Assembly (NCBI GenBank): GCA_031283585.1
Contig: JAITBP010000003.1
Span: forward strand, 70,845-134,844
Source: Puniceicoccales bacterium
GTDB taxonomy: Bacteria; Verrucomicrobiota; Verrucomicrobiia; Opitutales; LL51
Direction of reading: 5' to 3'
DNA: 64,000 nt
Below the pieces are notes generated by a model. It saw only the letters and a program-made list of their open reading frames with translations, made no database searches and was not told the origin of the DNA. Positions within the stretch are counted from its first letter, which is position 1. Each line of letters starts with the position of its first letter. This document shows positions 1 to 9,296 of this stretch, one piece after another. The translations under genes and the position numbers were made by a program.

Positions 1-270
1 CTGAACCTATTTCATAAAATTGCTAAGAATTCTTTTGAAAAAGCCAGGCTATTATTATTATCTCAATGTGATCAAAATAGTAGTGATGAATATATTCCTC
101 GCAAAGATTCAGATCGGGAGGTGATGAAGGTGGCGATTAATATGTTAAAATATGAAAAAGATGGATACACTAAGGATGCTGATGAGCTTTTAAAAAAATT
201 GAAAGATCTGGAAAATACGCCCTATGGGTTTGGGTTTCTAGCGGGAAAAGGTGTTCTAGTGAGAAAATAA
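1..270 (+). CDS. Hypothetical protein, 3' fragment; the ORF enters from the left window edge
   Basis: Frame 1 is open from nt 1 to TAA at 268-270 and translates ...KDADELLKKLKDLENTPYGFGFLAGKGVLVRK*. I recognise no motif. The region is AT-rich like the next gene. Confidence 0.4.
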   Translation: MNLFHKIAKNSFEKARLLLLSQCDQNSSDEYIPRKDSDREVMKVAINMLKYEKDGYTKDADELLKKLKDLENTPYGFGFLAGKGVLVRK

Positions 271-298
271 AAATTTAGATGGTAAGGAGTAATGGGAT

Positions 299-1627
299 AT
301 GGAAAATTTTTTGTTGAGATCAGTGTTTATGGGCATGTTGTCCATAATGCTTTTGGTATGTAGGTGGTCGTTTGGTGGTATTATGTGTACAGGAAATGAC
401 CTTCGTATGGATGTCTTTTGTGTTGGACAGGGAAATTTTATAGTGTTAAGGATTAATGATGTGGCTCTTATTGTGGATTTTGGCATGGGTAAGAAGCATT
501 ATGACTTGGATTCGTTTTATGGATTCTTAGTTGATAGTTTTGGTGGTGTTAATGGATGTGGGATAGTTGTTACTCACAGGCATGGTGATCATTTTGATTA
601 TGGTATACTTAAGTATATATGTAGTAATAATATATTTAAGGGTACTTTTGCATATAGTGAGTATTTGGAACCATGTAATACAACAAAAGAATTATTATAT
701 CAGCATAACGATTCAGATTTGTTCAATGAAATTACTAGAAAGTTTGCTGAAAAAAATGTGTTAATTGAGGCAATTATACCAGAATCTGTTTGGCTTAATC
801 CTATTGAAAAAAAACATAATACTGTAATTGATCATCAACATAACACTGTGGTAAAGATAAGCTATCGCGGAAGATCCATATTATTGCCCGGGGACGCCGG
901 TGCAGCTTTGTTTGCCCATTGTTGTAACAATTTTCCTAATTTGTGTAAATATTACAGTAATTGGAATGGTACTGTTAATGGTCATACATTTAATGATTTT
1001 CCTTCATGGGTTAATAATGCCGCGGTTCTTGTTCTACCGCATCACGGCAGCTGGGCGAATGGTGAACAGTTTTGGCTGGAGGCATTTTTGAAGGATAGTA
1101 ATGTGCCTAATAATCCTAAATTATGCATAATTTCAAGCGATCCTTGGTATGGCCACCATTTACCAAGGATAGATTATATGGCTAGTATGTTAAACAATGA
1201 TTATATTAATAATATTAGCGGGTACGGGGTTAACCCCCACTGGATTGCATGTTTTACTAAAGATAAGCGTCAACGTACTGAAACTGGAAATGGTGTAAAC
1301 GAACCTTTAATTTCTGAAGAAGAAGAAGATGGTAATGGTCAGCGTCAGCTATACATAACGCGGATAGAATCCAATGGTAACAGTGAATTAGTACAACAAC
1401 AAGTACAAAATGAAAATGTAAAAATAATTGGAAAATGTAAAAATAGTAATAAATGCTCAAGGATCGAAAAAAGGGAATTAAATAGTGTGTACGATTTCAT
1501 TACACAACTCCCTGTATTTTTGACAAGCTGTGCAGGATCTTGTTGTTATACAGTTGTTATTAGAAACAATGGAGATGTTCAATTGTTTGACGTAGACGGA
1601 TGTATGTTCCAATCACCATACCGATAA
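299..1627 (+). CDS. MBL-fold metallo-hydrolase resembling the C-terminal domain of ComEC, stand-alone, with an N-terminal hydrophobic signal or anchor
   Basis: It carries HxHxDH (VVTHRHGDHFDYG), a downstream LLPGDAG, and VLVLPHHGS, which is the motif order of the ComEC/Rec2 beta-lactamase domain. The N-terminus MGMLSIMLLVCRW is hydrophobic. AAGGAG lies 9 nt upstream of the ATG. The C-terminal tail is acidic, Q-rich and Cys-rich. Confidence 0.65.
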   Translation: MENFLLRSVFMGMLSIMLLVCRWSFGGIMCTGNDLRMDVFCVGQGNFIVLRINDVALIVDFGMGKKHYDLDSFYGFLVDSFGGVNGCGIVVTHRHGDHFDYGILKYICSNNIFKGTFAYSEYLEPCNTTKELLYQHNDSDLFNEITRKFAEKNVLIEAIIPESVWLNPIEKKHNTVIDHQHNTVVKISYRGRSILLPGDAGAALFAHCCNNFPNLCKYYSNWNGTVNGHTFNDFPSWVNNAAVLVLPHHGSWANGEQFWLEAFLKDSNVPNNPKLCIISSDPWYGHHLPRIDYMASMLNNDYINNISGYGVNPHWIACFTKDKRQRTETGNGVNEPLISEEEEDGNGQRQLYITRIESNGNSELVQQQVQNENVKIIGKCKNSNKCSRIEKRELNSVYDFITQLPVFLTSCAGSCCYTVVIRNNGDVQLFDVDGCMFQSPYR

Positions 1628-1645
1628 ACCACTACGATAATAATC

Positions 1646-3280
1646 TTGCAAAGGCGGCAGAAGAGTACAAGTATGTCCTCTTCGGAGGGTAATACCATGA
1701 GTAGTCGCATCAAGATATTGATACTGAGCTTGTTATGCTTAGTTATCGGACTGGGAGGTGGATGCGTTAAAAAAGAAAGTACTGCCATACTTAGAGTCGG
1801 CAATTCCATAGATCCAAGCTCGTTGGATCCTCAGGTGGCCAGCGGTGTCAGCGAAATAAAGCTGTTGGCTGCGCTGTTCGAAGGTTTGGTGGTTCTTCAC
1901 CCGGAAACCCTGGAGCCGATGCCTGGCATGGCAAAATCCTGGACCGTATCGAAGGATTTTCGTAAATATAAGTTCAAACTTCGAAAAGATGCCGTTTGGT
2001 CCAATGGTGACCCTGTTATCGCTGAGGATTTTGTTTTTTTGGTAAAGAGGGGACTGTCGAAAAAATTAGCATCGCCCTGGACGGATATGTATTTTTTCAT
2101 AAAAAATGCCCGAAGCTATTACGATGGTGAATTGAATGATTTCGATAAGGTTGGGATCAAAGCAATTTCTAAAAGAAGGCTGAAAATAAAATTAGAAAAT
2201 CCTGTTCCATTCTTTCTATCGATCGTTTCCCATTCATCCTGGTTTCCGGTTAACGCTAGGACGGTTTTGGACCATGGACACATGGACGATCGTACTTCCA
2301 GGTGGACAAAAATCGGGAATATAGTCACAAACGGTCCATTTGTGGCTAAATCCTGGGTTTTGTCGGACAGATTTGTGGTGGCTAAAAATAGAAACTATTG
2401 GGACAGGGACATGGTCAGGCTAAAGGAAATACATTTTATTCCAGCAGATGCGGATACGGAAGAAAGAATGTTTCGAAGTGGTGAAATCGATATTACAGAA
2501 ACCGTGTCCATATCCCAAATAGAACGATATAAAGGTTCGGATTGTCTGAAAGTCAATAATGGCCTTGGCTGTGTGTTCCTTTGGCTGAATTGCCAAAAAG
2601 CTCCGCTGGATAACAAAAATGTGCGCAAAGCCTTGAGCTTCGCAATAAACCGCGAGGCCCTGTGCAAAATATCCAACCGAGGGGAAAAGCCTGCCTATTC
2701 GTTAATACCACATGGCACAATGGATTATAAGTCCAAGGATCTGTTCCAGGAAGATATGGATGCGTCAAAAAAACTACTTGAGGAAGCCGGGTTCAAAAAT
2801 GGCAATGGCTTCAGGTCGTTGACCTTTTTGTATAACACTTCCGAGTCCATCAGGTTTATCGCCGAGTCTACCAAAGAAACATTGAGAAAAAGTCTCGGTA
2901 TAGATGTGGTATTGGAAAACGAAGAGTGGAAGGTTTTCCTGGATTCTAGACGCAGTGGACGGTTCGATATCGCTAGAGGTGGCTGGGAAGGTGATTATAA
3001 CGATGCCACAACCTTTTTGAATTTATTCAGGTCCGATGATCCAAATAACCATGGCAGGTGGCGTAACCCTGAGTTTGATAAAATGTTGGACAAAGCCCTA
3101 GGCGACGCAAAAAATAGATCAGAATTCTTAGAAATAGCCGAAGGAATTCTCCTAGATGAGATGCCGATTATACCGTTGTATTTCAGAACTACTGCCCATC
3201 TGGTCAACGATAAAATCGGAGGCTGGCATGGCAATGTGTTGGATTACCATCCCTGGAAAAGTATCTTTATTAATCCCTAG
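1646..3280 (+). CDS. ABC transporter substrate-binding lipoprotein, family 5 (peptide/oligopeptide, OppA/DppA-like)
   Basis: It is 544 aa with family-5 SBP-like sequence (LDPQVASGVSE..., WSNGDPVIAEDF). A lipobox LGGGC follows a signal peptide. The likely true start is ATG 1697 (MSSRIKILIL), which has GGAGGG upstream. Confidence 0.8.
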   Translation: MQRRQKSTSMSSSEGNTMSSRIKILILSLLCLVIGLGGGCVKKESTAILRVGNSIDPSSLDPQVASGVSEIKLLAALFEGLVVLHPETLEPMPGMAKSWTVSKDFRKYKFKLRKDAVWSNGDPVIAEDFVFLVKRGLSKKLASPWTDMYFFIKNARSYYDGELNDFDKVGIKAISKRRLKIKLENPVPFFLSIVSHSSWFPVNARTVLDHGHMDDRTSRWTKIGNIVTNGPFVAKSWVLSDRFVVAKNRNYWDRDMVRLKEIHFIPADADTEERMFRSGEIDITETVSISQIERYKGSDCLKVNNGLGCVFLWLNCQKAPLDNKNVRKALSFAINREALCKISNRGEKPAYSLIPHGTMDYKSKDLFQEDMDASKKLLEEAGFKNGNGFRSLTFLYNTSESIRFIAESTKETLRKSLGIDVVLENEEWKVFLDSRRSGRFDIARGGWEGDYNDATTFLNLFRSDDPNNHGRWRNPEFDKMLDKALGDAKNRSEFLEIAEGILLDEMPIIPLYFRTTAHLVNDKIGGWHGNVLDYHPWKSIFINP

Positions 3281-3328
3281 CCGATGGCCAGATACTGGCC
3301 AATGGTCAATGGGTCATTTCTTGATTTA

Positions 3329-3356
3329 TTGACTTTGCCATCCTAATTTATAGACT
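3329..3356 (+). promoter_or_regulatory. Candidate sigma70-type promoter upstream of glgC
   Basis: TTGACT at 3329-3334, a 16-nt spacer, then TAGACT at 3351-3356. The match is by eye only. Confidence 0.3.
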
Positions 3357-3366
3357 ACCTGGCGGG

Positions 3367-4653
3367 ATGGGATTAACAGATGTATTGTGTGTCATAATGG
3401 GTGGTGGCAGAGGCACACGGTTATTTCCGTTGACAAGATATCGGTGCAAACCGGCGGTCCCATTGGCCGGTAAATATAGACTCGTGGATGTGCCTATAAG
3501 TAACTGTCTAAATGCCGGACTTAATAAGATATATATCCTAACCCAGTTTAATACAAGATCGCTCCATAGACATATAGAAAATACCTATAGATTTGACACC
3601 TTTGGTGGTGGCGGTATCGAAATTTTTTCAGCAGAGCAAACCGATGATGGTATCGGCAATTGGTACGAGGGAAATGCTGATGCAGTAAGAAAAAATATGC
3701 GTTACTTTAATGTCAATGATGATGATATAATGGTAATCCTATCCGGTGATCAGCTCTATAGAATGGATATTGCTGACTTCATTAGGCATCACATAGAAAC
3801 CAAAGCCGATCTTACCATTGCTGCCAAATCAATTATGACCGCAAAGGTTTCACCCTTCGGTGTAATGAGAGTAGACAGTAACTTTTCCATCTGTGAGTTT
3901 GTCGAGAAACCAACGGATCCATCTGTGATAGAAGAGCTTACGCTTCATGGACCTCTAAGAAATAATTTGAAAGATATGTCCGATACACCCTATGCATTGG
4001 TTTCCATGGGCATATATGTTTTTAAAGTTGGTATATTGAAAAGAGCTCTGGCTGGTAGCGGAACGGATTTTGGTAAGGAAATAATACCGTCTTTGTTGAA
4101 TAGGATCAGGTTAAAAGCATATATTTTTGATGATTACTGGGAAGATATAGGTACCGTGCGTTCATTTTTTGAAACCAATTTGATGCTAGCCAAGGATGTG
4201 CCGCAATTTAATTTTTTTGATGAAAAAAACCCAATATATACGCATCCTCGGGCATTGCCAGCGTCAAAAATAAATAGCTGCAGCATGAGGGAGGTCCTAA
4301 TCTCCGAAGGAAGCATAATCTCAGAATCTACGTTGCGTAGATGTGTCATAGGTCAACGAGGCATTGTGGGCAGAAGTTCTTTGATGGAGAATGTGTTGAT
4401 GATGGGTGCGAATATGTATGAAACCGCCGACGATGTGGCGAATAATAAAAAAATTGGGATCCCAAACATAGGTGTTGGCGACGGATGTTATATTCGTAAC
4501 TGCATAATAGATAAAAATGCAAGAATTGGTAATAATGTAAAATTAACCCCAGATAGAAAGGATGATGGATTCGAATACGACGGAATTTATGTAAGAGACG
4601 GGATATTATGTGTTGGACAAGATGCGATAATTCCTGACAATACCTCCATATGA
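3367..4653 (+). CDS. glgC: Glucose-1-phosphate adenylyltransferase
   Basis: The N-terminal nucleotide-binding motif MGGGRGTRLFPLTRYRCKPAVPLAGKYRLVDVPISNC is present, and a left-handed beta-helix-like C-terminus follows. Length is 428 aa. Confidence 0.9.
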   Translation: MGLTDVLCVIMGGGRGTRLFPLTRYRCKPAVPLAGKYRLVDVPISNCLNAGLNKIYILTQFNTRSLHRHIENTYRFDTFGGGGIEIFSAEQTDDGIGNWYEGNADAVRKNMRYFNVNDDDIMVILSGDQLYRMDIADFIRHHIETKADLTIAAKSIMTAKVSPFGVMRVDSNFSICEFVEKPTDPSVIEELTLHGPLRNNLKDMSDTPYALVSMGIYVFKVGILKRALAGSGTDFGKEIIPSLLNRIRLKAYIFDDYWEDIGTVRSFFETNLMLAKDVPQFNFFDEKNPIYTHPRALPASKINSCSMREVLISEGSIISESTLRRCVIGQRGIVGRSSLMENVLMMGANMYETADDVANNKKIGIPNIGVGDGCYIRNCIIDKNARIGNNVKLTPDRKDDGFEYDGIYVRDGILCVGQDAIIPDNTSI

Positions 4654-4725
4654 TATTATAATTTTCTTGACTTGAGAGTAAAAAAGGTATTCGTGCGAGT
4701 TTGTTATTGCAACTGGAAATAAAGC

Positions 4726-5577
4726 ATGTTGGTTAGTGTATTAGTAATGTTTTTGTTGTATGTTTATAGTGATACAATTTATCCAATTATAAATGAGAAA
4801 GTTATTTGCAATATTGATACCATGGAAACGGAGATATATAATAAGCTAAAGGCAACCAGTGGTGATGTATCACTCCAGGCTAGATTACTATTCGATAAGG
4901 TTTGGAATAATCTCGTTATCAAGTATGGTAATGAGGAGACGTTTAGAATGCCTCCATATATACTATGGCTAAATGGTGCCCCTGGTTCAGGCAAAGGTTC
5001 TAATACTCGCAGTATAATGAAGGCGACAAATATATTTTCTAAGCCGGTTGTGGTCAGCGACCTACTTAATTCAGACGACAATAAGGACCTGATCGATAAT
5101 GGATCGCTTATCGATGATGAGAAAGTCGTTAGACTGGTATTTGAGAAGTTGCTAGATGGCAGCTGTAAGGGTGGCGCAATAATAGATGGTTATCCTCGTA
5201 CGCTGATCCAGGCCGAGTGTGCCTATTTGCTCATGATAAAACTCCGGCAATTGCCTAAGGGTAAAAATACTAAGTTTTCTGTTGTAATTCTCAATGTGGA
5301 TGAAAAGACCAGTGTGGAGAGGCAGTTATACAGAGGTAGAATTGCCGAAATGAACAACGATAATGTGAAAAGAACCGGTGTTGGTGAGTTCCAGGAGATA
5401 CGTAAGACAGATATGGACCCCAAATTTGCTAGAGCCAGATACCGGACGTTTTTGGAACAAACAAAAGAAGCACTGGAGTTCATGAAGAAAGTCACCGAAG
5501 CCCATGAAATAAGCGCTGCTGGATCTTTTGAGGAAATAAAAACCAGGATATATGAGTCGTTGCGTAAAAAGATGTAA
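4726..5577 (+). CDS. Adenylate kinase-family nucleoside monophosphate kinase, atypical and long
   Basis: It has the P-loop LNGAPGSGKGS, IDGYPRTLIQAE (compare DGFPRT..QA of Adk), and a LID-like stretch R..GR...RKTDMDP...RYRTF. An alternative start at ATG 4822 (METEIYNKL) would remove the hydrophobic first 32 aa. Confidence 0.6.
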   Translation: MLVSVLVMFLLYVYSDTIYPIINEKVICNIDTMETEIYNKLKATSGDVSLQARLLFDKVWNNLVIKYGNEETFRMPPYILWLNGAPGSGKGSNTRSIMKATNIFSKPVVVSDLLNSDDNKDLIDNGSLIDDEKVVRLVFEKLLDGSCKGGAIIDGYPRTLIQAECAYLLMIKLRQLPKGKNTKFSVVILNVDEKTSVERQLYRGRIAEMNNDNVKRTGVGEFQEIRKTDMDPKFARARYRTFLEQTKEALEFMKKVTEAHEISAAGSFEEIKTRIYESLRKKM

Positions 5578-5608
5578 CCTTTCTGTACTTTGCAGTTGAT
5601 TCTTTTCC

Positions 5609-6697
5609 ATGGATAGGTTACCAGATATTTCGAGGTTCAGGAAAAGATTCGAGGCCCTTGAGAATGAGATGGCCGATGAGAAGTTTTTCTCAGACCGAAG
5701 AAAAGCAGCTGAGTTATCCAAAGAACACAGCAGGTTAGCTTTACTTTTGTCCAAATTTGAATCCTACGAAATGATGAAAAAATCTATTTCGGACAGTGCC
5801 AATATGGCAAAAGACCCGTCTCTGGATCAGGAGATGCGTGATCTTGCAGCAGAGGATGTCGAATCAGGCAACGTGGAATTGGATAGACTGGTCCGTGATA
5901 TATTACTTGCCATGATTCCCGGTGATAAAAGTGACTCACGAAATACGGTGATTGAGATCCGTGCTGGTACCGGCGGAGATGAAGCAAGTCTTTTTGCCGG
6001 AGATCTTTACAGAATGTATACCCGGTATGCCGAGAGGCGTGGCTGGACCGTGGAGATCCTCGGTACAAGTGCCTCGGAATGCGGAGGAGTTAAGGAAATT
6101 TCGTTCCTGATAAGCGGTGATGAGGTTTATAAAAATTTAAAATTTGAAAGTGGTGTGCATCGGGTTCAAAGAATTCCAACCACCGAGGCAAATGGCCGAA
6201 TCCATACGTCGGCGGCTACGGTTGCAGTTTTACCTGAGGCAGAAGAGGTTGACATACATATAGCGCCGGAGGAGCTTGAGATATCCATATGTCGAGCCAG
6301 TGGTCCCGGTGGTCAGGGTGTGAATACCACCGATTCGGCGGTACAGATACTACATAGGCCGACGGGAATGATTGTAACCTGTGCAGATGAAAGATCTCAG
6401 CAAAAAAATCGCGTGAAAGCGATGACGGTCCTACGCTCCAGATTGTTACAGAAGAAAGAGGAGGAAGAACATGCAAAGTACGCCGCGGATCGCAAAAGCC
6501 AGGTAGGATCCGGCGATCGTTCCGAGCGGATAAGAACTTATAATTTTCCACAGAATAGGCTTACAGATCACAGGATTCAAATGACACTATACAGTTTGCC
6601 CCAGATAATGGACGGTGATCTGGATGAGTTGGTAAATGCACTGATTTTATTTGATACGGAGCAAAAAATTGAGGGTCTGCTAACCAACAAATGCTGA
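5609..6697 (+). CDS. prfA: Peptide chain release factor 1
   Basis: The GGQ motif ([15 protein letters not shown]) is present. The RF1-type tripeptide region [14 protein letters not shown] carries a P-x-T motif rather than the SPF of RF2. Confidence 0.95.
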   Translation: MDRLPDISRFRKRFEALENEMADEKFFSDRRKAAELSKEHSRLALLLSKFESYEMMKKSISDSANMAKDPSLDQEMRDLAAEDVESGNVELDRLVRDILLAMIPGDKSDSRNTVIEIRAGTGGDEASLFAGDLYRMYTRYAERRGWTVEILGTSASECGGVKEISFLISGDEVYKNLKFESGVHRVQRIPTTEANGRIHTSAATVAVLPEAEEVDIHIAPEELEISICRASGPGGQGVNTTDSAVQILHRPTGMIVTCADERSQQKNRVKAMTVLRSRLLQKKEEEEHAKYAADRKSQVGSGDRSERIRTYNFPQNRLTDHRIQMTLYSLPQIMDGDLDELVNALILFDTEQKIEGLLTNKC

Positions 6698-6713
6698 TTT
6701 TGGTATAAATTTC

Positions 6714-6741
6714 TTGTGTATTTAGTCTAAAATTCTATAAT
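6714..6741 (+). promoter_or_regulatory. Candidate promoter of gap
   Basis: A perfect TATAAT sits at 6736-6741. TTGTGT lies at 6714-6719, giving a 16-nt spacer, and the gap ATG is 28 nt downstream. Confidence 0.35.
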
Positions 6742-6769
6742 CTAGACAGATTTGTTTTCAAATAAAAAT

Positions 6770-7795
6770 ATGGCAATTAGAGTAGCAATAAATGGGTTTG
6801 GTAGAATTGGTAGACTTGTCTTCAGGGCAATTGTAGATAGTGGGAAGTTTGGCAAAGAGATAGAAGTTGTTGCTGTCAATGACCTTGTCCCTGCGGATAA
6901 TCTGGCGTATCTGCTGAAATACGATTCTACCCAGGGTAAGTTTACCGGTGAGGTTCGGGCCGATGGTGAAGAGGTGTTAATAGTTAACGGTAAAAGGATT
7001 AGGTGCCTAGCAGTTAAGGATGGGCCCGGTGCCATGCCCTGGAAAGACCTGGAAGTGGATGTGGTCGTAGAATCGACCGGATTATTTGCCAGTGATATCC
7101 TTGCGGAAGGCCATCTGAAAGCCGGTGCGAAGAAGGTTATAATATCTGCTCCAGCCAAGGGCGAAAGAGTAAAAACCATTGTGCTTGGCGTCAATCATAA
7201 TACCCTAACCAAGGATCACAATATAATTTCCAATGCATCCTGTACCACCAATTGTTTGGCACCAATAACCAAGGTGATCGTTGACAATTTCGGCATAGTA
7301 GAAGGACTTATGACTACTATCCACAGCTATACAGCGACCCAAAAAACCGTGGATGGTCCGTCGCGTAAGGATTGGAAGGGTGGACGTAGTGCTGCGGTGA
7401 ATATAATTCCATCCACCACCGGTGCCGCCGCCGCCGTTGGATTGGTTTTACCTGAGGTAAAAGGTAAGCTTACCGGCATGTCATTCCGGGTACCGACTCC
7501 GACGGTTTCTGTGGTTGACCTGACTGTAAAGACCGAAAAACCAACGTCCTATAAAGAGATTTGCCAAAAAATGGAAGAGGCCTCCAATGGCTATTTGAAG
7601 GGAATTTTGTGCTATACGGCCGACGAGGTGGTTTCTTCTGATTTCATCCACTGCAGCCATTCTTCTATTTTTGATGCTGGATCTGGCATCGAACTGAACC
7701 AGACCTTTTTCAAGCTCGTCAGTTGGTATGACAATGAATGGGGTTACAGTTGCCGCTGCGTTGAACTTATCGACAAAATAAAACAATTTCTTTAA
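6770..7795 (+). CDS. gap: Glyceraldehyde-3-phosphate dehydrogenase (type I)
   Basis: It has INGFGRIGR and the active site [12 protein letters not shown], plus WYDNEWGYS. The track ORF starts at TTG 6752, but ATG 6770 ([15 protein letters not shown]) fits the family N-terminus. Confidence 0.95.
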   Translation: MAIRVAINGFGRIGRLVFRAIVDSGKFGKEIEVVAVNDLVPADNLAYLLKYDSTQGKFTGEVRADGEEVLIVNGKRIRCLAVKDGPGAMPWKDLEVDVVVESTGLFASDILAEGHLKAGAKKVIISAPAKGERVKTIVLGVNHNTLTKDHNIISNASCTTNCLAPITKVIVDNFGIVEGLMTTIHSYTATQKTVDGPSRKDWKGGRSAAVNIIPSTTGAAAAVGLVLPEVKGKLTGMSFRVPTPTVSVVDLTVKTEKPTSYKEICQKMEEASNGYLKGILCYTADEVVSSDFIHCSHSSIFDAGSGIELNQTFFKLVSWYDNEWGYSCRCVELIDKIKQFL

Positions 7796-7831
7796 ACTCC
7801 ATCCTATTCGATTCAAACGTTAGTTAATATT

Positions 7832-7859
7832 AAAAAAACAGCCTTCGGGCTGTTTTTTG
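7832..7859. terminator. Bidirectional rho-independent terminator between gap (+) and the 7886-8368 gene (-)
   Basis: The sequence is AAAAAAACAGCC-TTCG-GGCTGTTTTTT. It forms a GC-rich 6-bp stem with a tetraloop, flanked by an A-run upstream and a T-run downstream. Confidence 0.7.
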
Positions 7860-7885
7860 TAAGTAAAGATAAAGAAAAAAAACTG

Positions 7886-8368
7886 CTAGGTTTTTTCAAT
7901 GTCTTCAATATCAGGTATATTGCTTCGATTTATGCCGGTTATGACTATATCTATTTTATCGATATTTTTTATACCAATGTCATCGGCCAACACAATATGC
8001 AGGTGTTTTTGTAGCCTAGTACTGACCTCGGGTAGCTTCTGATCGCTAGGGATATTAAAGCTTATTTTGATATTTATTTTTTTACTTTTACAAAAAATAT
8101 CTATCCTTGGTCTGGACTGCATTCCTAGGGATTCGCAGGCTTCTCGGATGGTTTCCTTTAGTACGGATTTTTTTATAAAAACCTTACCACTTTCATTGTC
8201 CAGTAGGCACAGAATTGTTTTCTTGGCAGATCGTAGGGCGATTTTTATCAGGACATAAACGGCCATTAACCCAATAAACCACAGGAAATATCTAGAGGTA
8301 ACGAGGCAATAAATAACACCGTCTGTCTGAAGCTGAGTCAGCAGCCAATTATAAAAATCTCCTAACAT
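7886..8368 (-). CDS. Hypothetical membrane-anchored protein (loosely Asp23/AmaP-like architecture)
   Basis: It is 160 aa with one N-terminal TM segment (YFLWFIGLMAVYVLIKIAL) followed by a soluble domain. No diagnostic motif was seen. Confidence 0.4.
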   Translation of the reverse strand: MLGDFYNWLLTQLQTDGVIYCLVTSRYFLWFIGLMAVYVLIKIALRSAKKTILCLLDNESGKVFIKKSVLKETIREACESLGMQSRPRIDIFCKSKKINIKISFNIPSDQKLPEVSTRLQKHLHIVLADDIGIKNIDKIDIVITGINRSNIPDIEDIEKT

Positions 8369-8420
8369 CCGACAAAGATGTTACTAATATGATGGCACAT
8401 ATAAAGAAGAAAATTATGAT

Positions 8421-8870
8421 TCAGCATCCGCTGATGTTGAAAATTGACTGATCGAGGGCATGCCACACCAGTGTTGCACATTTTATTCGCATTGGAAAAT
8501 TTCTAACACCAGCCAATGCTAGGATATCAGTTGCTTTTTTAATGCTTTCGTAGTCTAAATTATCAGAGGTGGTTAGGAAACATTGGGCCGAGGCAGAAAG
8601 CGCAAGGGCATCCTCCAACCGTTTAAATTTCACATTTTCACTCATTATCGAGGCCGATGCCATTGAAATCGCGCAGCCACTACATTCAAAATTGACATCG
8701 GTTATCATTCCCTGGCTGATCGTCAAGTAAACAGTTACCTCGTCACCACAGGAAGGATTTGTTCCATTTGCTTCGGTGGTAAATCGCGTTGGACGACCGT
8801 AATTCCGTGGATTCTTGTAGTGGTCAAGTATGATTTCTTTATATAAATTATCGATTTCTGTGTTTATCAT
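8421..8870 (-). CDS. sufU: SUF-type Fe-S cluster scaffold / sulfur acceptor (SufU, IscU family)
   Basis: DHYKNPRNYG, NPSCGDEV, GCAISMASASIM and FPMRIKCATLVWHAL match the B. subtilis SufU motif pattern closely. Confidence 0.85.
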   Translation of the reverse strand: MINTEIDNLYKEIILDHYKNPRNYGRPTRFTTEANGTNPSCGDEVTVYLTISQGMITDVNFECSGCAISMASASIMSENVKFKRLEDALALSASAQCFLTTSDNLDYESIKKATDILALAGVRNFPMRIKCATLVWHALDQSIFNISGC

Positions 8871-9278
8871 TGCAGTGCAAAATCATCAATCTCATGACGC
8901 GGATATAAAAATTTATTACTAATGCAAGGTGTAAAATTTTTTTACTAAAAAATAATAGATTATGCTACAAAACTTATTGCTGATTTATGAGTTATAGATC
9001 GATAAAGTTATTCACATACCTATTGTTAATAACTTGTGCATATATTGGGCTTGATACCAAAAAATCTTTTGCAAAACTGTTAGGTTCTGATGGCGATGAA
9101 TACTATCGGTAGATTGAAGTGGAAGTTGTTATCATCCGTCAAATACAGTATTTTAGCGGGATGTGGATATTTTTTATAGATTGGTTTTGTGAGTTTGTTG
9201 CCTGGAAAAAATGCGCAAGCTTGGTTGGCAGTGAAAGCACTAGGGTGATTTATATGTTGCCAGAAATGTTAATAACTT
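8871..9278. other. Candidate chromosomal replication origin (oriC) upstream of dnaA
   Basis: This is the largest non-coding gap in the window at 408 bp. It contains TTATTCACA (9008-9016, fits TTATNCACA), TGTGGATAT (9162-9170, reverse complement ATATCCACA, one mismatch), a weaker TGTGCATAT (9035-9043), and an A/T run at roughly 8930-8960. Confidence 0.3.
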
Positions 9279-9296
9279 TTGATGCGTTGTGTTGGT

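Noticed and set aside
1646-3280. Orphan peptide-ABC components (SBP here, a lone OppB-like permease at 39820-40740, a lone LolC/E-like permease at 52139-53368) as a possible novel transporter arrangement
   Set aside because: Scattering of ABC components is common in compact genomes, and the partner genes may simply lie outside the window. Nothing in the sequence itself is unusual.
4651-4653. Possibility of a non-standard genetic code (TGA recoding), given the AT-rich, possibly host-associated genome
   Set aside because: TGA terminates well-supported genes at family-typical lengths (for example glgC at 4651-4653, lpxC/fabZ at 12040-12042, rpmH at 21589-21591). The standard bacterial code fits.
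5609-6697. Possible programmed +1 frameshift as in release-factor genes
   Set aside because: The gene is RF1 (P-x-T motif, uninterrupted ORF). The frameshift is a feature of RF2 (prfB), which is not in this window.
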